The notes: generated by a model from the sequence alone, not told the origin. DNA of 64,000 bases from the human T2T-CHM13v2.0 reference genome, Homo sapiens (GCF_009914755.1 NC_060946.1); one strand, 5' to 3'. Positions 21,771-42,887 are shown, counted from the stretch's first letter. Translations and numbers: made by a program.

Positions 21771-22066
21771 TTTTTTTTTTTTTTGACACAGAGTCTCACT
21801 CTGTCGCCCAGGCTGGAGTGCAGTGGCGCTATCTCGGCTCACTGCAAGCTCCGCCCCCCGGGTTCACACCATTCTCCTGCCTCAGCCTCCTGAGTAGCTG
21901 GGACTACAGGCTCCTGCCACTACGCCTGGCTAATTTTTTTGTATTTTTAGTAGAGACAGGGTTTCACCGTGTTAGCCAGGATGGTCTTGATCTCCTGACC
22001 TTGTGATCCGCCTGTCTCGGCCTCCCAAAGTGCTGGGATTACAGGTGTGAGCCACCGCACCTGGCC
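21771..22066 (-). mobile_element. AluY-like, full length
   Basis: AluY diagnostics; TSD AGGAATGTACTTCTC. Confidence 0.9.
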
Positions 22067-22348
22067 AGGAATGTACTTCTCATTCGGATTTTGCACATAC
22101 AATGTAAGAATAAACAGCTTATATTATATTTGTATGGCTTTTCTTTCAAAATAAATTCTTTAAATATATAGGTTTTTATCTTGCTCTTTTTATTTCAGTG
22201 TTGATTTAATCTTGCCAAGAATCTTATTAACACTTTGAGATAGCCAGTTCTTTAAAAGAATGTTTCCTTTGAGTTTTGGAGTTGACAGATGTACCATCTA
22301 TTTCATTACACTCACTCTCGTACCCACTGGAGCATCACGGGGAAATGA

Positions 22349-22636
<288 letters not shown>

Positions 22637-23127
22637 TGATCCGCGTTCCTCGGCCTCCCAAAGTGCTGGGATTACAGGTGTGAGCCACCGTGCCCGGTTG
22701 TGTCCTCCTACTTCTAAAGTTCTTTTTCTTCCAAAGCCAAGAAAAGATAGCAAGACTTGGACATATTTGACCAAATGATGTGCTTATGTTCAAAATCTTT
22801 CACTGGAAATTCCTTTTCCAAAATAATACACTATGGCCTTTGCCTTCCTGAAACAGAGGTATCCAGACAACTCCAGGTCTCCTTTGTAGCTGGGATTACA
22901 GGCGTGCACCACCACGTCCAGCTAATTTTTGTATTTTTAGTAGAGATGAGGTTTCACCATGTTGGCCAGGCCAGTCTCGAACTCCTGGCCTCCCAAAGTG
23001 TTGGAATTATGGGCGTGAGCCACCGCACCTGGCCTATTTGTGTACTTTTAAATTATGTAAAAATAGCTGGGTGCGGTGGCTCATGCCTGAAATCCCAGCA
23101 CTTCGGGAGGCTCAGGCAGGCGGATCA

Positions 23128-23400
<273 letters not shown>

Positions 23401-23568
23401 CTACTAAACACACAAAAATTAGGCAGGCATGTTTGCATGTGCCTGTAATCCCAGCTACTCAGGAGGCTGAAGGAGGAGAATCACTTGAACCGGAAAGGCG
23501 GAGGCTGCAGTGAGCCAAGATCACGCCACTGCACTTCAGACTGGGCGAGAAAGTGAGATTCCGTCTCA

Positions 23569-23800
<232 letters not shown>

Positions 23801-23806
23801 TTTTGA

Positions 23807-24237
<431 letters not shown>

Positions 24238-24769
24238 TGAGACACCGTGGCCAGCTCAGTGGTTAGTATCTTTATTTGGAGACGAGGGCAACCCATGAGA
24301 GATCTTAAGGAGTGGTTCTGACAAGTGCAAACTTGTGTTTTAGGAAGACCACTTAGGCAGCAGTAGGGGAAGGACAGGAGGGGCGCTGGGACTCATGAGT
24401 AGCTGCTATACTTTGGGATCTGTCCCCCATCCCTGTGTTTGCAGTGTTTCAGCGACCATTTCAACATCTCCAAAAGTCTAAGATTAAAAATGCAAAAGAA
24501 AAGAGAGAAACTGCTTAGGCGAGTCTTTCTCCCAGGCTGGAGTGCAGTGGCGCGACCTCGGCTCACGGCACCTACAGTCTCCCGAGTTCAAGCGATTCTT
24601 CTGCCTCAGCTTCCCGAGTAGCTGGGATTACAGGCGCGCGCCACCACTCCCGGCTAATTTTTTGTATTTTTAGTAGAGTCACCAGGTTGGCCAGGCCTGT
24701 CTCAAGTGATCCGCCCGCCTCTGCCTCCCAAAGTGCTGGGATTACAGGCTTGAGTCACCGCGCCCGGCC

Positions 24770-25130
24770 CACGTGGCGAGTCTTAACCACGTGACCCTCC
24801 CCGCTCTCCAGCCCGGCAGGTACCAGCAAAGGACTAGCAGCCTCCTCCAATATGGATAGCTTCTCGGATGGCCCCGCCCCTCCGGAGAGCTGCAGCCAAT
24901 CAGACGGCGTGAGGCCAGCAGTGGGTGCGGCTGCGCTTGGCGCTGCGCATATCCGAATACCAGGAAGTGCCCGGTTTCGCTGTCAGTGCTCGGGCAGCTA
25001 GAATCCAGGTCCCTTGAGGAATAATTTAAGAAGGGGTGGAGAAAAATTAGGGGGCGTCTTCAAATATTCAGAGAGTCAGCGAGGTAAAGAGGACTTGGGC
25101 AGGTCTGTGTAGCAACGGGGGCGGGAATCA
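24770..25130. promoter_or_regulatory. Intergenic CpG-rich promoter/enhancer-like element
   Basis: CACGTG x2 (24770, 24788), GCCCCGCCCC (24871), AGCCAATCAG (24894), TGCGC motifs (24932-24950), CAGGAAGTG (24961), GGGGCGGG (~25118), all within ~350 bp of CpG-retaining, non-Alu sequence. Confidence 0.7.
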
Positions 25131-25290
25131 TTCATTGACGCATGAAGTATTTCCTGAGCTCCCACCACGTAAGACCAAGTTTTGTTCTAGATGTCCGAGG
25201 GGCCAGAGTGAATATAGCAAAGTCTTTGACCTCAAGGAGCTTAACGTGAATAATATGGGGACGTGGTGGTGTTAAAAAATATATAAAACA

Positions 25291-25720
<430 letters not shown>

Positions 25721-26305
25721 TCACTTGAGGTCAGGAGTTCGAGACCAGCCTAGCCAACATGGTGAAACCCCTTCTCTACTAAAAATACAAAAATTAGCCG
25801 GGCATCATGGCGGGCGCCTGTGATCTCAGCTACTTGAGAGGCTGAGGCAGGAGAATCGCTTGAACCCGGGGTGGAGGTTGCTGTGAGTCTTGATCACACC
25901 ACTGCACTCCAGCCTGGGCGACAGAGTGAGACTCTGTCTCAAAAAAAGAAAAAAAAATCTTTCTCTTATCTCGCACACCATAAGGAGGACATATAATGGG
26001 AGGCAGTACACTTCCCAGTAGAGGGATCTGGAAAGGCACATATCTGAATACAGTAACTGAAGGAACCATGTAGAAATGTGAGAGAAGGGCATCACTGTCG
26101 GCACAGGCAGCAAGTGCACACGTATCATGAGATCCGAGCAAGGAAAAGCCAAGTGTCGGTGTGGAAGTTGTATTCAGATTGCTTCTACCTCCTCAGTGAA
26201 ATGCGAAGGAAAACTATCAGCTGTGGATAAGGAAGGAGGAGGGACTGGTGGTTTGAGAAAGATGTCATGAAGGACTCACTTATGACCCTGTAAGTTGAAG
26301 AATTA

Positions 26306-26596
<291 letters not shown>

Positions 26597-27343
26597 CTAG
26601 AGGGACAGAGTGAGACTCTGTCTCAAAAAAATAATAAGATAAAAAGGAGAAATCCCAGAATGAACCGCAGAATTGTGATATTGGCCAGGTGCAGTGGCTC
26701 ACACCTGTAATCCCAGCACTTTGGGAGGCCAAAGTGAAAGAACTGCTTGAAGGTTGGAGTTAGAAACCAGCCTGGGCAATGTAACAAGACCTTGCTTCTA
26801 TAGAAAATAAAAAGTTAGCCTGGTGTCATGGCACTGTGGTCTCAGCTACTCAGGAGGCTGAGGCAGGAGGATGGCTTGAGCCCAGGAGTTCCAAGGTTGC
26901 AATGAGCCGTGATCATGCCACTGCTCTCCAGCGTGGGTGATAGAGCGTGACGGTCTCAAAGGTGGAGTGGTGGCGGGGGAGGTCAAGCGCGGTGGCTCAT
27001 GCCTGTAATCCCAGTACTTTGGAAGGCCAAGGCAGGAGATCACTTGAGACCAGCCTGGGCAACATAGTGAGACCCTGTCTCTTCCAAAAAATAATTAGTT
27101 GGGCTTGGTGGCATATGACTGTAGTCCCAGCTACTTGGGAAGCTGAGGTAGGAGGATCTCTTGAGCCAGGAAGTTCGAGGCTACAGTGAGCTAAGTTGTG
27201 ATTGTGCTACTGCACTCAGGCTAGGCGAAAGTGAGACTGTTTCAAAAAAAAAAAAGGGAAAGTAAATAGAAATGTGTTTTCCATTGCTGGAAGAGGACAG
27301 GACACCACAGAGAGGATTCTTTTTTTTTTTTTTTTTTTTTTGA

Positions 27344-27451
<108 letters not shown>

Positions 27452-27634
27452 TAGTTGGGACTACAGGCACCCGCCACCCCGCCCGGCTAATTTTTTTGTA
27501 TTTTTAGTAGAGACGGGGTTTCACCATGTTAGCCAGGATGGTCTCGATCTCCTGACCTCATGATCTGCCTGCCTCGGCCTCCCAAAGTGCTGGGATTACA
27601 GGCGTGAGCCACTGCGCCTGGCCAGGATTCTTAA

Positions 27635-27844
<210 letters not shown>

Positions 27845-28373
27845 TAAGTTGGTCTTCAACTTCTGACCTCAAGTGATCCACCTGCCTCGGCCTCCCAAAG
27901 TGTTGGGATTACAGGCATGAGTTACAGCGCTCAGCCTTAAATTAGTTTTGATCAGTCTTCACCAGGCTCTACCAACACAAGATTCTGTAATGAGAGGTTA
28001 AAGAGATTATACTGCCTTAACTGTTAATTAGCAACTCTTTTCTCAAGAAATGGTGTAGGAGAGTACATTTCTCCAAATAACCATGAAACCTAACAAGAAG
28101 CACAGCTGTCACGCAGTTAAGTTCTGTAAATAGAAGACTACATGGATAGAATTCCTTGTTGCAGTTCTGAGGCCAAGAAGGGAAACTGGGCACTCACTGC
28201 TTTTGCTCTGGGCAGAGGAAGAATGTCACCAGGAATCATGCTTCTTTCTGGAATATATCAGTGTGGTGTTACAGAGGTGTTTTCAGTCATTCTTTTACCA
28301 GTTTCCATTGGCTAAATGAGAAGCAGAAGATTCATAGCGTAACCTCATAAACAGCTGGGAAGGACAAGTATTA

Positions 28374-28761
<388 letters not shown>

Positions 28762-29369
28762 TCACCTGAGGTCAGGAGTTCAAGACCAGCCCAACCAACA
28801 TAGTGAAACCCTCTTCTAAAAAAAATACAAAAATTAGCTGGACTTGTTGGTGGGTGCCTGTAATCCCAGTACTTGGGAGGCTGAAGCATGAGAATCCCTT
28901 GAAACCAGGAAGTGGAGGTTGCAATAAGCTGAGATTGCATGCCACTGCACTCCAGCCTGGCGACAGAGTGAAACTCCACCCCCCGCCCCCAAAAAAAGTC
29001 AATTGGCACAGAGACAGGAAGCAATGCTCAAATGTCTCCCTGATCTGGAAGTGGGTCAAGCTTTTATGGCATTCCTATCTAGTCCTAGGTGATGCCAATG
29101 CAGTCGGCCTGCCAGGCTCGTGGTGGTAACAATTAAAACGTTAAAGCTTTTTTCCACTGTGCACGCTCAGGCAATTTTGGCTGTCTCACCTGTAACAACT
29201 TAAGCAATGGTTAATCAGTTTGAGCTGGTCCCACAGTTACAACAGGATACTCCTCAGAAAATGGTGACCACTTTGGAAGGAACGATGCTTACTGTGACAT
29301 ATAACTTTGGAATGTCTATTTTAACTTATTGCCAAGCCACGAGAACAAAGTAACGGCCTTGAGAGTTAT

Positions 29370-32300
29370 TTGAAAGGTTTTCAAAAAAATTTATTTTCAT
29401 AAATTAACACACATAACAGTGGAAATCTTAGAGTCACAAACTACCAAACAGAAAAGGAACTGCAGGGGCATCATGTATACCAATGTTACCAAAAATGTAC
29501 AAATTTCATTGAACTACTGACCATGATAATATATAAACATGTCAGGCAGCTATTTTTACTGGCCCAGACCAGCCCAAGGAGATGCTGAGGCCTCTCACCA
29601 AGAATTCAAATCCAATTCAGCACCAGAGAGGGGCTTGTGAAGACACACAATCAACAAACATGGAATCTGAGAGCACACTGCACTAGATGGCCAGCTCAAC
29701 GGGGACCCCCTTTCATCATCAAAATAGCTTTTGCTGCTTGATTTGTGGCTAGACGGTAACATTAAACTGTAATTTTAGTAAAATTAAATCTCCCTAGCCA
29801 GGTTTTTATACAGTAAGTTCAGTTGTGGCAAGGAGCCCTTTTCTGACACGAATCCAGGAAAGGATACTCTGCACTTCTGGCCAATTATTTAAACTTTGGA
29901 TACAGCCACCCACAATGTGGTTATTTAAGAAGTCCTTTCCATGACACCAGGGGAAAAGCTTACAGAAACAAAACAGAACAAGGGAATTACAGAAAGCACC
30001 AACTGCATACTCCCCCCACCCCAGGGAATGGGAGAAAAGTATCACTGCCTAAAAGTTGGTCTTTCGCAGATCTTAATGTACATGGCATTGATTATGAGAC
30101 GGAATTCCAGCCTGGAGACGGAGCGACGGCCGTGCATTCATTGGCTGCACCGCGGCCTTGGATCTGCTGCTCCCGTCCTGTACGCTCCCTGCTGCTCTTG
30201 GCTCAGTGGGCAAGGAAGGAGCCACGGGGGAGGTCTCACGCCCAGATAGTGGGATCTGGAATGGACCTCAGGTTGGCTCTGGAGCCCGTGCCAAAGACCC
30301 TTTCAGGCAAAATTGTGACAAAGTATCATGATTTTCACAGCTCTTGAGGAGCGCTGAGTTTTGGGATTCACAGCATGGGTTTCTGGGCTCCTCAGGCTCC
30401 GAATAAGGCAAACGCTACATGTCTTTTCACCGTACCTCCCTCAGCTACTGTAGCTTAGAGTAAGGTCAGTAAGAAAAAGTGGACATGATCTGCTTTAACA
30501 GGAGATGAGGTACAGCTGAACTCATGGAGACATGAAGCTGGAAAGGAGACCAAAAGCAAAAAAAGAGGAGGGAACGCGGAGGGAGAAGGCAAACACAGCT
30601 AGAAACTGAAAGATGGAAAAAAAAACAAAAAACAAAACACAGTTGAAAGTTTCAGTGAAAAGCTGATGGGCAGAACCCTGATTAGACCTGAGATTTCTCC
30701 TCTTTCCCATATTAAAAACACTAAACCTCTGGAAGTGATAGTTGAGTAAGCTGTAGTTAACTGTAACTTCCCACCACTTGGGGAGGGAAGTTCCCATACT
30801 CAGAAACTGTACCAACTCCACCCCAGAACCAGACCTCCTGTAGCTCTGGGCAGGTGGTGTGCCAGCAGCCGATTACCATGTCCCATCGTGGTTAGGGACC
30901 ACGGGCCTGGGGACCCCTGACAACACTGCAGCTGGCTCAGTGCCGAAACTGAATGTTAAGACAGGTGTGGCTGAGCGCAGCTGGAGCCTAGGTATATACA
31001 TCACCTTCAGGTAAGTAATTTCAAGTTTGCAGTGGGGCCCCCTTCTCAACTTTGGAGCAGGGGAAGGGACCTAGCTAGAGGGTAGGTCCAGAATTTCAAC
31101 GACGGGCAGGGCTGGCCTCACAACAACTCCTCTCCTACATTGTCAGGACAGGGAAGGAGCCCAGCTCTGTTTCTTCCAGTCCTCTGCTCCCAGTTACCCA
31201 TGTTCCAAACCGCTGCTTCTGGTCCTTCGAGTGCCACACCTGTAACAGGCACAGTTGAAACTATCTCTGCCATGTTGGTGACACTATAGCTGTGCCCACT
31301 GTTGTCTCTGGGAAACATAGCCGCCACATCACTGCATCTACACTGGCAACAGAGCTGGCAAACAGGGCTCTGTTGACTCACTGCTAGTCTGCAACCTGTC
31401 CAGTAGGAGCTCCTTAAACATGCCTGGACAAGGGCAAAATGTACTACTCATCCCACTCCCTTAAGCAAAAAAGTCAGAGAGAAGCATTTAGTGTCTAAGA
31501 ACCCTGTCCCAGGAAGGGAGAGGTATTGAGGTGAAACATAGGTCGTGTCTATACAGTCTGGGCAAAGTGGATGTAGAATGACAGAATCTGGTTAGCATCA
31601 TTCAGAGCTGGTACGGAAGCCTGGCTCTCTTCTAACTGTATTTGGCCATGGCCTTGGAAGCCTCCGTGGATGACCAAGTGTGTATTTCACTCGTCTCAAT
31701 GCTATGTCTGAGGCAGTGGGCCTAGAACATAGCCGTGGCACACTTTTCCCTCTGGCTCATGTCAGTTTTTCTGCTCCAGTGTGGCATAGACTGTCAACCT
31801 GCAAAAGCAAGGCACATAGAGACCCCCCACCCCCAACCCATCTCCCCATCCACTAGCAAATGGGGAAGCAAAAGAAACCTAGGAGAGTTGGCCAACATTC
31901 CAGGACGTGCCACTCACTCTTCTCTAATAGACTGACTTGGAAATGTCCCTAGAACTCTGACGGTTCCCATCGGCGGCTGCTCCATGCCAGTGGCTCCCAG
32001 GAGGATATGAAGAGGTGATGCTGGTGTCCTGACGATGACTTTTGCATCCCACTCACTAGCCATGGAATGTTAATTCTCTAAACTCTTGTTTTGAGAGAGA
32101 AAGAGAAACCCCTAGAGAAGGAGGGGAAGGGGAGCAGGATATGGACACACAGGACTTCAGTGGAAAAGGAACAAGACCTCGAGGCTGCTGACCCACAGCA
32201 TCCCTCTGCCCACAGACTCCTGCAGGCACAAACCCAGAAACTCGGCTAACTCCAGCATTTGACAGTTCCGGTAGATGTGACATAGGAGCCCAGAGTACAA

Positions 32301-33549
32301 TGAGGTGGCCCTCAAAGAAGGCTGGCTGGGGATTTTTGAGATCCCACTGCAGGAACACATCTCTGGGTCTGAAACATGACCCCGACTCTCTCCCCACACT
32401 TGAAGCGGGCTGCCTGGAAAGCCACAAATACTGTGGGTCAGCCTGTATCACTGCCCAAGCCGTTGTACTCAATTTTGTTACCTAACACCATTTCAGATAA
32501 AAACCATTAAGACCACACCCAACCATAGTAGTTTTTCAATGATCGGGAGAGAAACCTGCTCTTACTTAAATCACTAAAATAAATACATGTATTTGGTGGG
32601 CAAGAATGAGAACCCAGATGAAAAAAAGTGCTCCCTCTAATGAGTTACACTAGAAGCTGGAGATGGGGAAGGGATTGCCTGAAACACATGAATAGGAAAA
32701 ATGTCTCTTCCATGCAGCGATCAACTGGGTCAAATGCCTATCATGTATTCTTAAGACATGTATTGTTTTTCTCCTTAAAAAAATGTTTTAAAATCACATT
32801 TAAAGGCTCCACACATGCAGCAATAATAGTACAAAAACAACAACAAAAAAGAAAATAAAACAAATGAAAATAATCCACACCACAACATTAAAAAGTGCAA
32901 CTTACTTCGAATGGGGCCTGGACGGGCTCCTCTGGCACTAGTGACCCAGTCACAGAGGGGAGAAAACGATGGGAAAAAGCCACACACACACAAACACTCT
33001 CACATACACTCACATCAATAGGTCCTGGGCAGACAAAAGATAAGAAAACACAACAGCTCATCTTTCCTCAACTACTGAAATGAGCCAGTGAGACCACACA
33101 GGACAGGACGCCAGGTCCCCCTCCCTAGGCCACGTTTCTAATAATCTTGGTCTAGCACCACCGTAAACAAAGCGGAACTTTCATATGGACGTGCAAATCC
33201 TGTGTGTCCTTGGAATCCTAGTGTTACTGAAGATAGGCTGCTGCTTCCTCCTGTGGATGGCAGAGACTGAGGAGGTGGCTGGATGTCGTTCAGGTCCATT
33301 TCCAGGAGAAAGGGAGCATTCCTGAGGTTCTATACTCAGCAGTAAAAGTAGAGGACCCTCCTTCACCAGTTTCTAAAAAGGTTGCACCTTGAAATAGGTA
33401 AAAATTCATGGACTGTGCATTTTTGAGTGGTTTGGCGGTAGGGCAAAATTAGGCAACCTTTTCCAAGGAGGTCCAAAAAAAAAAAAAAACCCAAAAACAA
33501 AACAAAACAAAAAAACCCTAAAATTGAGACCCTCAAACTGAATCGCTTC
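29370..33549 (-). other. PRR14L: PRR14L 3' UTR (~4.2 kb)
   Basis: Alu-free, unique-looking sequence between the stop codon and the first minus-strand AATAAA I could find. It has U-rich tracts on the mRNA strand. The 3' end is approximate. Confidence 0.8.
29390..29395 (-). terminator. PRR14L: PRR14L polyadenylation signal AATAAA
   Basis: TTTATT on the plus strand at 29390-29395, in an A/U-rich context with an upstream UGUA on the mRNA strand (~29500). Confidence 0.75.
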
Positions 33550-33864
<315 letters not shown>

Positions 33865-33976
33865 TCACATGGCCCATCCTGTCAACAGGGTCAGGATGTT
33901 GACGCTGGGTCAACAACCCTTCTAGTCAACAGGGACTGAAAGCTACTTGCGCCAACTCTTTTTCTTTTTTTTGTGA

Positions 33977-34367
<391 letters not shown>

Positions 34368-34443
34368 TGATTCGCCCGCCTCGGCTTCCCAGTGCTGGGA
34401 TTACAGGTGTGAGCCACTGCACCCAGCCCTGACTCATCTTTAA

Positions 34444-34638
<195 letters not shown>

Positions 34639-34922
34639 TAGAGATGGAGTCTTGGTATATTGCTCAGGCTGGTCTCCAACTCAAGGGCTCCAGTGATCCT
34701 CCCTCCTTGGCCTCCCAAAGTGGTGCGATTACAGGCATGTGCCACTGTGCCTGGCTCTGATTCGTTTTTTTTAAATGGTTACACAGTATATTCCATTATA
34801 AGGAATTAATTATAAGTAATTGTACAAATGTGTTAGAGCAGACATACAAAATCTTAGGATAAAATCCTACAATTCTCCTTCTATATTCTAGAAACAGTGG
34901 GCATTTAATAAATGTTCACTGA

Positions 34923-35277
<355 letters not shown>

Positions 35278-35298
35278 TGAACTCCTGACCTCAGGTGA

Positions 35299-35672
<374 letters not shown>

Positions 35673-36177
35673 CTACATTTTCTTTACGTAACCCAATACA
35701 CTTTATTTCCTATCCTATTACTGACCCTAATTCAAGTGCTGCAATTGAAAATACCAATTCTAGCTATTTATAAAACCCAATATTGGCCGGGCGCGGTGGC
35801 TCACACTTGTAATCCCAGCACTTTGGGAGGCCAAGGCAGGCGGATCACGAGGTCAGGAGATCGAGACCACGGTGAAACCCTGTCTCTACTAAAAATACAA
35901 AAAATTAGCCGGGTGTGGTGGCGGGCGCCTGTAGTCCCAGCTACTCGGAGAGGCTGAGGCAGGAGAATGGCGTGAACCCAGGAGGCGGAGCTTGCAGTGA
36001 GCCGAGATTGCGCCATTGCACTCCAGCCTGGGCGACAGAGACTCTGTCTCAAAAAAAAAAAAAAAAAGACCCAATATTGGTACAACTGAACATAAACTCT
36101 TTCTAAAGTGAAAGGGCTGGAGATTCACATCAATCATTTCAAATTCTTCCCTTTTATTTCCCAGCTATAAGTACCTA

Positions 36178-36357
<180 letters not shown>

Positions 36358-36914
36358 TCACTGCAGCCTTAAACTCTAGCCATCCTCCAGCCTCAGCCTC
36401 CTGAGTAGCTGGGATTACAGGTGTGTGCCACCATGCCAGGCTAGATTAAAAAAAAAAAAATTAGGCATGAGCTACTGTGCACAGCCTCATGTTCTCCTAA
36501 GATGGAAGAGACTTATTTCCCAATGCTATCCTTTTCGTTTGCTCCAACCTGTCTGTAATATGTTTTAGATGTGTCTCATGCAAACAATATGTACTGGATT
36601 TTCTTTTCCAGGGTACCAACCTTCAACTTTATGTAACTGAGCCCATTCATACTTACTGGGAATGATATATTTAGATTTATATATATTATTTTTCATAGAT
36701 TTATATCTACTTTACAGCTGTTGTTTGTGCTGCTTTGCAATGTTTCTTTTTGTGAACTGACTGTTCTTTTTTTTCTATCTCCCTCCACTGACTAGAAAAC
36801 TATATATTCTGTTCTTTTTTGTTTTTTTCTTTTTTAGAGATGGGGTCTTGCTCTGTTGCCTAGGAGTCTGACACTGGGTACAGCCTGGGTGACAAAGACC
36901 CTGTCTCTTAAAAA

Positions 36915-36920
36915 ATATAT

Positions 36921-36948
<28 letters not shown>
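36915..36948 (+). repeat. (TA)n(CA)n microsatellite
   Basis: ATATATACATACACACACACACACACACACACAC. Confidence 0.9.
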
Positions 36949-36951
<3 letters not shown>

Positions 36952-37607
36952 AACCCTTCACACCTATCAATTATACAGTAACCCTGAGGTACAGCTTGAA
37001 TAGTAAAAGCAGGCCATATGCTTGCTTTTTTCCTTTTATTACCAATTTCCAAAACAATGAATTGGTTCCCCAGTATCTTCCAAAGATGGCCAATGGTTTT
37101 AAATTTTTTAAAGTATCATTATTAACTATTGGGTTTATATTTGATATGTTTTAATCTATTGAACTTATTATTCTTTTGAGTCTCATCTGTGGCCAGAGGT
37201 AATCTCTTCAAACTGGTTCTTGAGAGCCAGGCATGGGGGCTCCCAACAGTAGTCCCAGTTACTTGGGAGACTGAGGCAAGAGAATTGTTGAGCCCAAGAG
37301 TTCGAGACCAGCCTGGGCAACAAAGCAAGACGCTGTCTCTATACAAAATTAAAAAATAAAGAAAAAACTGGCCCTGAATCCCTTTGACATGACCCTAGGA
37401 GTCTCTGAGAGCTTTGCTACCTTCTGGTATGACAAGATACATTCATCTTATTCATTTCCTGCCCTAGACCTGTAATCACTCTCCAAGGAGCCCAGGTTCA
37501 CCTATCATAAAATTCATCCATTTAAAATGTACAATTCAGTGATTTTTAAAACATTCGCAAGGTTATTCCTGATCACCACTATCTAATCAAGACCAGTTTT
37601 TTTTTGA

Positions 37608-38240
<633 letters not shown>

Positions 38241-38243
38241 TAA

Positions 38244-38523
<280 letters not shown>

Positions 38524-38970
38524 TAAAGACAGCATCTCGCTCTCTTGCCCAGGTTAAAGTGCAGTGGTACAATGATAGCTGACTGCAGCCTCGACCTTCC
38601 TGGCTGAAGCAATCCTCCTCTCTCAGCTTCCCAAGTAGCTGGGACCTATAGTCCCTGGCTAATTTTTTTTTTTTTTTCTTTGAGACGGAGTCTTGCTCTG
38701 TCGCCCAGGCTGGAGTGCAGTGGCGTGATCTTGGCTCACTACAACATCTGCCTTCTGGGTTCAAGTGATTCTTCTGCCTCAGCCTCCTGAGTAGCTGGGA
38801 CTACAGGCATGCACCACCATGCCCAGATAATTTTTGTATTTTTAGTAGAGACAGGGTTTCATTATATTGGTCAGGCTGGTCTCAAACTCCTGATCTTGTG
38901 ATCTGCCCACCTTGGCCTCCCAAAGTGCTGGGATTACAGCTGTGAGCCACCATGCCCGGCCTCCAGCTAA

Positions 38971-39156
<186 letters not shown>

Positions 39157-39417
39157 TAAAATATTTTTAGTAGAGACAGGGTTTCACCATGTTGGCCAGA
39201 CTGGTCTTGAACTCCTGACCTCAGGTAATCTGCCCACCTCGGCCTCCCATAGTGCTGGGATCACAGGCATGTCGGGCTAATTTTTAAAAACTATTTTTGG
39301 TAGAGATAGGGTCTATGTTGTACAGGCTAGCTTTGAACTCCTCAGCTCAAGCGATCCTCCAGTCTCAGCCTCCCAAAGTGCTGGGATTACAGGGTTGAGC
39401 CACGATGCCTGACCTGA

Positions 39418-39543
<126 letters not shown>

Positions 39544-39544
39544 T

Positions 39545-41760
<2,216 letters not shown>

Positions 41761-42550
41761 TGATCATATTTTTTGTTTCTGTACTTCACTGTGAAAATTT
41801 TGTTCTGGTGTGCTCCTGTTCATTAACACTATTTCGCTCTATTTAACCTGCTGTTAACCCATTTATTAAAGTTTTATTTTGATTATTCAATTTTACATTT
41901 TTAGAAATTCTGTACAGTTCTACTTTAAATGTAGTTGGTTATTTTTAAGTATATCTTGCTTCATTATTCATATTTTCAACCCACTTGTATTTCTTTAACA
42001 TATAAAACACACTATAGGCAAGGCACGGTGGCTCACGCCTGTAGTCCTAGCACTTTGAAAGGCCAAGGTGGGCAAATCATTTGAGTCCAGGAGTTTGAGA
42101 CCAGCCTGGCCAACGTGGTGAAACCCTGTTTCTACTAAAAATACAAAAATTAGCCGATGTGGTAGTACACACCTATAATCCCAGCTACTCTGGAAGGCTG
42201 AGGGAGGAGAATCGCTTGAACTTGGTAGGCAGAGGTTGCGATGAGCCAAGATCGTGCCACTGCACTCCAGCCGGGAAAGGCGTGAGCCACTGCGCCTGGC
42301 CAGCTGGTTTCAAACTCCTGACCTCAAGTGATCCACCCATCTCAGCCTCCCAAAGTGCTAGGATTACAGGCGTGAGCTACCACGCCCGGCCAGCAGCAAC
42401 TTTTAAACATTTTTTGGACCATCACTTGAGGTCAGGAGTTCAAGACCAGCCTGACCAACATGGTGAAACCCTGTCTCTATTAAGAATACAAAATTACGGT
42501 GTCTCATGCCTGTAATTCCAGCACTTTGGGAGGCTGAGGTGGGCGGATCA

Positions 42551-42842
<292 letters not shown>

Positions 42843-42887
42843 TCACGCCTATAATCCCAGCACTTTGAGGCCGAGATGGGCGGATCA

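Noticed and set aside
24847-24855. CCAATATGG as an SRF CArG box
   Set aside because: Only five A/T bases lie between CC and GG; the consensus needs six.
32581-32594. 14-bp perfect palindrome AAATACATGTATTT
   Set aside because: A short AT-rich palindrome of this size is expected by chance in 64 kb.
29806-33366. Short ORFs within the PRR14L 3' UTR on either strand
   Set aside because: Lengths match chance expectation, with no motifs or splice support visible.
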